Below the pieces are notes generated by a model. It was given only the letters and a program-made list of their open reading frames with translations, did no database searches and had not been told where the DNA came from. Both the position numbers and the translations under genes were made by a program. A stretch of DNA of 59,762 bases, the filler included, from Sphacelaria rigidula (taxonomy: Eukaryota), in NCBI GenBank assembly GCA_964200075.2. It is 6 parts of 6 records of this genome, joined end to end, with 100 filler letters (N's around TTAATTAATTAA, not from the genome) between each part and the next. Parts side by side here need not be neighbours in the genome. Positions count along the whole stretch, not along the records: positions 49,887 to 59,762 come from CAXNAA020007576.1; 5 more parts are not named here. One strand, 5' to 3'. How positions within the stretch are numbered: the first letter of the stretch is position 1; each line of letters opens with the position of its first letter. This document shows positions 50,737-59,762 of this stretch, one piece after another.

Positions 50737-53700
50737 GTAGTGAAGAATAGTGCTCCAGAAAAAAACAACTACGAATTCTGAAAACTCCTGATGCTCACTA
50801 CTATAGTGATCCTTGAACATCCCAAAAGCACCCTAGCGAGAACTGGCAGTGAACAAGCTAACACTGGCCCCATCCGACAAATGTTTTACAATGTTGCACA
50901 TTTGTGCAAATTCTCGAGGTCTAACTCTAAGAATCACCGTGGACATTTGCGGGTGAGTAGATGATTTAGTTATAAGCGTGAACCAGCGCGTATAGTGGAC
51001 CAGCTCATGCGACAATCAATTGATTATGAGTCAAAATTGAAAGGTGACTGCAAAGGAGGCTCAGCTGGACGAAGGTGGGGTGCTTGAACATTGGGATCGG
51101 ACTGCTGTGACATGCACATGAAGGAAATAAGGGTATAAACAGGGTGTAGAGAACCCTCGCTCGTAGTGTTCGTGCCCTGTACTGTCGGGGCGCTGGTTCG
51201 GGGCAGCCCCGGCATGTCTTGCAGGCGTTCGGTGTTGCGCCCACCCCACGCCATACCATCGCACTTATACCGCACCGCATACTGCGTTGTACTATAAACT
51301 CAATCGACGCCTACCGTGCACACGAACGTAGAGTCCATGTACCGTTCGTTGCTCTCCACTGCTCATGGTGCCATGATACGCCAGTGGAGCTGCAGAGTGC
51401 TGTATCGTCTGCGTCTCCATGGCAAGTGAGGGAGCCAAAGCAGGTGGGGAATATTGGGCAGCCTCTGCTCCTCGTATTTTGTGTGTTCTAGGGGTCAGTT
51501 AGAGTACGACAATCAATCATCTAAATCAATCAAGGGTCTACGGGTCATGAACAATTGAATTGTGATCTATCTCACTGCGAGATGCTGCAAGTCCACATCT
51601 ACCACCGAGTGAGTATACTTGAACAGATCACAACCCCCTAGTTCAATTGGCCCTTCGAATACTCGGCAGCTCGGTACTTTCGTCGACTAGCGTTCACAAC
51701 AGGCCGTCGTCAAGGTTTACTCCAGGTACCAGCAGATATCTGCTGTACCTCCAGCTTCGAGGCGCCAGCCTAGTGTTAGATACACAGACCGCGACGTTGC
51801 GGCTCTAAGCGTTCATCCCATAGTCGGTATAGACAATAAGTCGAATCACTCGTCAGAAATTACCCATTGAATCGAAGGACATCGATCGAATGATGACAGG
51901 CAGTCCGATGGATGAACGACAGTGAACGACGGTGGGCGAAATGTATATTCCAGCAGGTCCGAGTGTTGAAAGTCCTGGGGGGATGATGATGGTGTACAAA
52001 AAGAACGGTGCACCCTCTTCTCTGATTTGCCTCCTAGAGAACCATAATACTGTCACACATACATTGAAGAGAATCTACAGTAACATGTTGAACACAGAAC
52101 ACGAGCCGACGGCGAGAAAAAAACGGACTATTGCACTACACTACTCTCCCTGCTTCCAGGGTTGGTCATCTCCCATCCGCATGAGGTCGTTCCGCAGTCC
52201 TAGCAATTTGTCCGAAATTACCTGAACGAAGGAGACACGGCAACAGACAACAAATGCCACAGCTGAGTGGGATGTGTTTGGTATATGAAGTACCTCGTAA
52301 GACAATATGAAATACGAAAGCAGGTCCATATCTCAGTTCTTGAACTTCAAATCGAAGCGACCAAGTGGTGTACTTCATATGTACTAAAGCAATGTTCCAA
52401 CGGTGAGGGAACCAAATGGTAGCGGTCAACTCAGCTTGACAAGAGTTGGTAACTCTTTCGGTCTTTCCCTTACTGAAGAAACCAGGGCGCCGCAGAGCAC
52501 GCGTTACTGTTCAAATGGGCGGCTGGCGGCGCGGATTCAACATGTGCCGACGCGCAATAGAGCTCCGCGAGTAGGGATTCAAGTACTAGAGTTCGCTGTT
52601 GGGTTCGTGTCATGAGTCGTGCTTGATACCCCTCCGCGAGACTCGCGATTCGCGTCGGTCGCGCACGACTACATGCGTCAGCTTGAACAAAAGATACGAT
52701 CGACATATTCATAGTATGAACAGTATTGATAGTATTAAACGTATGAATAGTGCAACAATACCGAGAGCAGTAGTCGTGGGCAGAAACTGCCCTGCGAAAC
52801 AAAACCCTAAATACTCCACCAAAATCAATGTCCTTGTTTTTCTAGGTAATTTCATCAGTTGAGACGAGAAATGAACGAAATTTCCGAATTTCGGTTTCTC
52901 ATAACGTTTCCAACGCATACGGAAGCGGGTGCGCACTCTTATTTATTTTTTTCTCCCGAGTCATACCCCTAACACCACGAGAAGTATAAGAAGAATCCAG
53001 ATCCAGTTTCAATTTACCATTTGCAATGGTCACCACAAGCTGCAGTGGTGTGTGCCCGAATCCCACATATCCGTCCCATGCAGACGACAACACGCGGGAA
53101 CCAACAACACTTCTTCATGCTAAGTAGAGACCGCACATGTCTACTTGTTCGCGTTCAAAAACGTCGATACCCTCGTACATTATTGAGTGGTTCCACGTGT
53201 CACCGTTCACTGGGAGTCCCACTTGGACGCCGCCCTCTTCACCGCAGAGCACCCTCAAGCGCGGTCAAATCAATACGCATAACTCCGACACGCTAGAGCA
53301 CTTTCAAGTGATCGCACCTAGACACGTTGTGTTGGGGTTTCCACTTTGCTTTTCCATGTATCTTCATATCTGGGTCGGACTTTCAGCCCCCCGCCAGCCC
53401 TCAGCACAGTGCGGTTCCGCCGTCTACGGGCATCAACCCGTCCTTCTCACGGTGCTTATCTTCTACGTTGCTAACAATTATCGAGCATGGGGACACTACT
53501 CTCGCAGCCGGTAGAATGTCACCGACTTTCCATCTTTTCGTTGCTCTCCCAAGTCTTTGGGCGACAAAAGCAGATAGGGAGGCTGCCGCTGCGTGGATTC
53601 GGGCCACCGAACTCCGCCCCAACAAGTCCGGAACGGCCTTCCAGATACCACATTTACAACCAGGGTGCGGCGGATCAATGTGCAGCCCACTCCGGCTCGC

Positions 53701-54127
53701 AAACACACCGCACTCAAATGGGACTCCGGCTGAAACAGTGTAGAAAGCCTTTACTGCCCCCTGGGGGGGTTCATTTGTCAAAGCATGACCTTTGTGCGTG
53801 TACTAGAACAAAGTAACGTTTGCCTTTGCCCAAAATAAGTGAAACCAATCGCCCATGGATTGGAGAGGGTGAAAATTGTGCGGTCGCACTTCGACGCATG
53901 TTTCCACACGTCGGACAGCTCATGAGGTACTCAAGGTAAGTAATCAAAGAGGACCTTACCACTACCGCAAAAATTGTGACAGCGGGGTCAGAGAAGCCAA
54001 AGCGCCACCTTTGTGCTACTCTGGGTGCTCGGCGTCCAGCGCTGGAAGGAGCAAACGTAAAAAATGGGGCCAAATGGGCGAGCTCATGATCCGGATCAAT
54101 ACACTAATATCAAGTAATATTCTTCAG

Positions 54128-54238
54128 CGAGTGTTTCAGTTTTGTTTTTTCTTGGGTACATGTGTCACGTGACCCCGGCTGGATCCCTGGGGGGGGTCAG
54201 TTAAAGTGCGACGATCAATCAAATCAAATCAAATCAAA
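54128..54238 (+). mobile_element. Short RTE-LINE 3' end with (AAATC)n tail
   Basis: GGCTGGATC...GGGGTCAGTTAAAGTGCGAC...ATCAAATCAAATC is homologous to 38230-38371. A shorter copy lies at ~51485-51533. Confidence 0.7.
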
Positions 54239-54242
54239 TTAA

Positions 54243-54381
54243 CCCTTTGGGAACTCAAGTGCTGATTCTTGTTTTGTGAATATTTGTGAATCGGCATCAT
54301 TTTGACTTGAAAATGAATGAAAATGATGCCGATTCACCAAGACAAAAATCAGCACTCGCTGGGGGTCTAGTTCCCAGAGGG
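54243..54381. mobile_element. piggyBac-like MITE with TTAA TSD
   Basis: TTAA|CCCTTTGGGAACT ... AGTTCCCAGAGGG|TTAA. The internal palindrome GTGAATCGGCATCATTTT / AAAATGATGCCGATTCAC is shared with 19249-19570. Confidence 0.85.
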
Positions 54382-54785
54382 TTAACGTAGCCCATGATAG
54401 TTGTCCGACGTGTGAATGTTTGAAAAATCCAGCATTTGACTTTGGCCCTACAGAGGCATAAACGTTCCGTCCGTACAACTCCTTGGCATGATCCGTCATT
54501 ATACGGACGAAAAAAAAAACAAAAACTGAACGAACTGGGAACTCGCCTTGAGACTTGTCACTACGACATCTTCCGCGGTCAAAGATCCGTTGGTTTCCAC
54601 TGCCGGAGCGATGTCGACGCATTGGAACGAGCACGATGGAAGGCAAGGCAGGAAAGCACGCGTGAGGAAGTCGTGAGGCGCCGTGAGAGCATGTAGCACA
54701 GTGACAGCAAAAACGAGTACATGTGCTGAACGGGGGGAAACAAAGTGAGACACTTCTGCATGTGTGTGCCACGGAATAGAAACAC

Positions 54786-55191
54786 GGGATTTTACAAATT
54801 GGGGATGGATTATTTATTGGGGATGAGAACCCGGAGGATTTAAATTTTCGTATCCACACCAAATCTTCGAAGTATGCTTCCATTTCTTCACTTGCTGGTA
54901 GCTACTGACAGCTACTATACAACACACAACAAATTTTGATTTCGATTACCGAAATGTTGGGGTCCTAGGTAAAAAACCATTTTAGGGGAGTTCTAGGTGT
55001 CCGAGCGGACGCCAAAACTGGATTTTCACCTGGGACCCCGACATTTCGGTTATCAAAATCCATATTTGTATGACGCGTAGTAGTTGCCAATGGCTACCAG
55101 AAAGTGAAGAAGTGGAAGCATACTTCGAAGATTTGGTGTGGATCCGAATATTTTAATTATCTGGGTTTTCATCCCCAATTTGTAAAATCTC
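54786..55191. mobile_element. Foldback MITE (~190-bp arms)
   Basis: Ends CGGGATTTTACAAATTGGGGATG ... CATCCCCAATTTGTAAAATCTCG. Internal pairing includes ATCCACACCAAATCTTCGAAGTATGCTTCCA / TGGAAGCATACTTCGAAGATTTGGTGTGGAT. Confidence 0.75.
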
Positions 55192-55358
55192 GTCTTCAAA
55201 GCAGGGCGACGGATCTTTTTCGTTCAATACGAACACCAGTATCTTTGATCTACGCGTGACAAGAAATTGGGTTCAGTGCACACTAATATCAGTATGATAG
55301 ATATAACGATGACCGGTTCAGCCACGCGTGTGGCATGTACCTGTATACGTCACTGTGG

Positions 55359-55400
55359 ACTTACAGTCCACAACTTACAGTCCACAACTTACAGTCCACA
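55359..55400. repeat. 14-bp minisatellite (ACTTACAGTCCACA)x3
   Basis: Directly visible. Confidence 0.85.
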
Positions 55401-55676
55401 CTAATATCGGTAAAAAAAAAAGTATACACGTGCACCTACATACAGATTTCTCTCAAGATATTCGCCTCCTGTCCTCGAAACACAAACACAAACGCGCCGC
55501 ACTTTCCCAGCAAAGCGAACAATTCCTAGGAGGGGCCGATCTTTGCCACGCGGAAACTGCTGGATAATGACGGCATTTGCTCGAGCAATCTTCTACACCA
55601 CATGTGGCGAAAAAAACACAACGGGATAGCTCGAGTAGACACAACACAACGGAATTGTACTAGGGCAAGCGATAGT

Positions 55677-58365
55677 TTTGATTGATTGATTTTGATTTTG
55701 ATTGTCGCACTTTGACTGACCCCCCTGGGGTCTACCCGTGGTCTCATGATAGACGTACTCAAGAAAAACGAAACTCAAACACGCTCCAAGAAAAAAAGGA
55801 AAGAAAAAAAAGGAACAGAAGCAGAAAAAAAATAGGAACAGAGAAGAAAAAAAAGAGAGTGGTCGAACAGAACGACGTGTCCGACTAAGTCGTGACAAAA
55901 AAAAGTAATAAAAAGTCAACACAAGCAAAGCACAGAAAGAAATGGCCGACCTAAAGCAAGAAAAAGGAAAACAAGAGGAAAGTACAGATCAGATCAAATC
56001 AAATCAAATCAAATGAAAAACAATGAAGCGATGGGAAAAAAAGAAGGCCTAAGGGATTCATGGCAGCAGAGTAGATACAGACACACACCAGTGGGCACCG
56101 CGGAGCCACTGACTAAGGATATTATCAACAACCGATATGAGGACAGGATTTTCCGTCCCAACTCCTGGAGTCGGCGTACTACGAACATCATGTCTATGGT
56201 CGATCTTTGGCGCCTAAATCCACACTGCTCTTCCGGGAAGACATCTGTTCCCTCACAAAAATCACAAAGCCTGTTTGCTACGATTTTGAGGAGACCTTTA
56301 GCGGCATGTGCCACAAGTGAAATGCCTCTGTAGTTCCTACACTGGGTCCTATCTTGTTTTTTGTGTAGCACTTTGATGGTGACATCTTTCCATTCTTGCG
56401 GCACCTCGCCAGATGTTCAAACCGCAGAGACGGATGTCGTGGAAGTGGTACAAAATGTCCGACGCCTCCCCGTTGAGTCCAAGCTTTAGAATTTCAGTAG
56501 GAATACCATCCGGACCGGTTGCTTTGTTGTTCGACATAGCTCTCAGAGCCTCCACAGTTTCACTTAGGCTTGGTGGGTCTCCTAGTGACAACGCTATTGG
56601 TCGTTGAGCAATCTTCTCGATGATGTTGCGGTCGATAGTTGCCGATATGGCGTTCAGCAATGTAGAAAAGTAACGTTCCCATCTCCCACTGATCAAACCT
56701 CTGTCCCGCAGTAAATTTCCGTCCTCATCTCGAATGTATTGCTCACTCTCGATTGGTCGTCCAGACAGTCTCCATCCTCCGTTGAGATGTCTGTACCATC
56801 CTCTCATGTCCCCCGCTCGGGTATGTTCCTCTAGTTCTGTACCATACACATCCCTATATTTGTCAACCCCAGCCTGGGGCACTTTTTTTTTTTTTCATGC
56901 TGTTCGCAATGTGCGCCATGCGAGTTTATCTCGAGATGACCCCAGTCTCACCGTTGATCTCGCCCTTTCTCTCTCCATCCAAGCGATTCCGAAGTCCGCT
57001 TTGATTTCAGCATCCTCGAACCACCCCGGTATACGTGGCTTTCGGGTCAGACGGGGTACCACCTTTTCAGCGGCACTCAACAGTACGTGGGCAAAGTTCG
57101 TAGCCAGGAAGCTGACTGTATCACCAGGTATACTCTGTTCGAGCTCGCTGATGATGAGCTGGGTGAGCTGCTCACGTCTGACGGGGTCAAATACTATTGC
57201 CCGTCGGTCGATCGGTGTACGCCCAGTTGGGATTCGTCTAGGTCTGTTGTGTGCGAAGCGACCAAGGAGCCGTACTGAGACGCACACGATGTTGTGGTCA
57301 GAGTCCGGCGAATTGGGGGGTTGAAGGTGGACGGCGACATTGCGAACGAGCCTGCGGTGATCTTGCCGTGTGATGATGCAGTCAATGCGTTTTATATCCG
57401 CGGGGCGACTTGCAACACCGTTGAACGTACGCGAGGTGTTTCCCTTGGGGGTGGGAAAAACGTGTTGACCAGCGAAAGCTTATTGTCGCCTTCAAATTGT
57501 ACTAGAGAATTGCCGCTACCGTCGTTGGATCGGGAATCTCGACCGTAAGGTCCCACAATTTCACGTTCCTCCTCGCCTGTTCGTCGTCCAGTCCTCGCAT
57601 TAGCGTCCATTAAAATAAACAGGTGATGCTCGTGGGGGATACCGCTCACAATGCCGTCTAACTCAGCCCAGAACACATCTGTCTCTTCGCTTGACTGCGG
57701 AGTGTCTGTTGGCGCGTATGCAACGACAAACGTGGCAGCATTTGATTTACCCGCTAGGTTGAAAGTCATCGACATGAGGCGTTCGCTGATGAGTGCCTGA
57801 GTCCACGTCGCCTGGCTGATGATCGACTCCTTGACTGCCAACCCAACCCCATGTTGACCAGCCCTTCCCTTGCCCCCTTCTGCCCCGCAACAAAAAACGC
57901 GGTATCCCGCCGCAGAAAATTCGGACCTACCCGGTCTCCTCGTTTCCTGTAGCCCGATGACATCACATCCGACTGCCTGACATTTTTTCAGGACCACCTC
58001 AGCATGACCCGCTCCTTTCTTTCCCGTGAGGGACAGTGTACGGACGTTATAGGTGGCCACTTTGAGCTCCCCACTTCGTGTCCTAGCTTTAGCCTTCTCC
58101 ATGTTCACGCGTCTTTCTCTTTGTTCTGCTCTCCTCTTTGGTCTGTTGCGCCTTCTAATTTTACGAGCGAGCTGTTGTTTCTGTTTCGATTTTGCTTCGG
58201 CACGTCTATCACCGTACTTGCCTTGCTTGTTGGTCTCGCGGAAAGGGTGCAGCCTTCCCATCCCGCGTCGGCCGCTGTCTCCAGTCCACCGAATCTGATA
58301 CTTACTCACACGTGCCCCATCTCCATCAACGTGCTTTCCGTGGCAGTGTCTCAACGCCGGGTAAA
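55677..58365 (-). mobile_element. RTE-clade LINE (APE endonuclease plus N-terminal RT), frameshifted and internally deleted, with 3' UTR and (AATC)n tail
   Basis: APE motifs VATYNVRTL, DVIGLQETR, HGVGLAV, VAYAPT, LMDANARTG, NTFF, DSDH. RT-proximal motifs KATGPDGIP, PQEWKD...[30 protein letters not shown]. Coding similarity ends near 56150, before YADD, and the 3' UTR follows (55955-55677). Confidence 0.88.
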
Positions 58366-59699
58366 NNNNNNNNNNCTACAGCTGCGGGGTTCAGTTTGGT
58401 TCCCTTTCTAGGGTAAAACTCCGCAGCTGCAGCATTAAGCCTCGATGTTGGCACCGTCGACATAGCCACAGTCTACAACGCCAACCGCAACAGACGACAA
58501 CGCCGGCTCGCTCGCTCCGCCGGGAGCGTTGAACTCGAAGACTATATATAAAGAAGTAGAGCAGTGGAGCATGATCAACAAATACTGCAAAACAAAGTAG
58601 AACGTGACAGCATGCAGCTTAGTAGAAAATGGCACAAAATCAAGACGGCAATAAACACCCTACTTCCCCGCCCATTCCTCACGTACGTCCCACACCCTTC
58701 GCTTACCCTGGAAAATAAACCTGTCCATGCTTGGTCGGATCTTTACCACGGGGTCATCTTCTGGCCTGGGCTTGTATGTCTTCGCCAGGTACACGCAGTC
58801 GTCGCAGTACTGCACCATCGAAGTACAAGACATTGGGAAGGGTAGGGGGGTGTACTCATGATCTTGCATGCCTTAGTCACATGGCCATTGATCTCGAATC
58901 CCTACAAAGCCGGGAATGTGCACGCCGGGTTTCCGCCGGACCAAGCCCGCATTCACCGAGCGCAAAGCGCTGTGATATGTTCGGCCCGTCGCATGAGAGG
59001 TGGCCTGCATAATACTTATATATATGTATATATATTGTGTGTCGGGGGGAAGGGGGGGGGGATTGTAAAAAAATCGTGGACTCATAGTGGCTGCACCAAA
59101 TGGGGCCACGCCTCATCCAACTTGCCAGGGTGGACCAACAGTTGACGAGCAATGCCCACTACAAAGGTTCAAGGAGAAGCGCCGTATCCGGCTCACAGCA
59201 AAAGGGTCCCAGGCATTCGACCCGGAGACAAATATCAAAGATCGTACCGCCCACTCTCTTGAACGCTTCGCTCCCCTCACACACTTTCAAGTCCAGGACG
59301 CTCGGGGCTCGGGGAGAAGCATGATGAAGATACTCCGAGGTCCATTGCTCCTCTAAATAGGCTCCTCTAGATTGCATGAGTATTGCAGACGAGCGCATAC
59401 AAGAAGACTCGAATCTAAACCGACGCACATTTCGAGATTGCGCAGAAAATTAGTGTCATGTTTTTCGTGGCCAGTACACCTGACAAAAAAAAAACAAAAA
59501 AAGCAGCACCGCTGCAGGAAATCATTCCCGAAAAAGGCGTCCGTTGTTCGCAACTACACTGACCCTCACAGATGCGTCCAGCTAACGAAACCCTCGCCTC
59601 TGCCCACTTTGGAAAGTTCACAAAAGCCTCGCCGTACGAACCTCCTCTTACACTAAAATCATCCTGCCATAGCGCGCGGGGCGAGTGGAGGGGGGGGGC

Positions 59700-59762
59700 G
59701 TACTCATTTGTTGCTTGCCTTAGTCCTATGACCGTCGCCCACGCACACCTTTCGGGACGGAG
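59700..59762 (-). repeat. Dispersed repeat shared with the end of contig 2
   Basis: ACTCATTTGTTGCTTGCCTTAGTC...CCTTTCGGGACGGAG is the reverse-complement homolog of 19795-19855. Confidence 0.7.

Noticed and set aside
54239-54883. 214-aa minus-strand ORF
   Set aside because: It runs through two MITEs and has no protein motifs; spurious.
58430-59400. Short plus-strand ORFs as exons
   Set aside because: No recognisable motif or consistent splice chain.

Overview
This is eukaryotic, intron-rich, transposon-rich DNA of roughly 50% GC. It is most consistent with a brown alga or related photosynthetic stramenopile; that is inference from the GT-AG introns, an ASAFAP-like plastid-targeting motif and the transposon families present. 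The window is not one locus. It is six contigs (1-9878, 9979-19855, 19956-29832, 29933-39809, 39910-49786, 49887-59762; lengths 9878, 9877, 9877, 9877, 9877, 9876) joined by an artificial N44-TTAATTAATTAA-N44 linker, apparently sorted by size. Host genes: the first three exons of a DDX56/Dbp9 DEAD-box helicase, a multi-exon tandem BTB/POZ protein, a probable first exon of a protein kinase, and a probable plastid-targeted protein divergent from it. The standout element is an apparently full-length but decayed Ngaro-type tyrosine-recombinase retrotransposon (gag, RT/RNase H, YR, split direct repeats A1...B1-A2-B2). It appears inserted into a Copia integrase and carries an unexplained ~1.8 kb degenerate tandem array in its 5' leader. 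Also present: a stack of foldback MITEs, Sola2-like and piggyBac-like MITEs, an internally deleted RTE LINE with several 3'-end copies, Gypsy and Copia relics, and a possible spliced piggyBac-like transposase relic. No CRISPR array, tRNA or rRNA was recognised.
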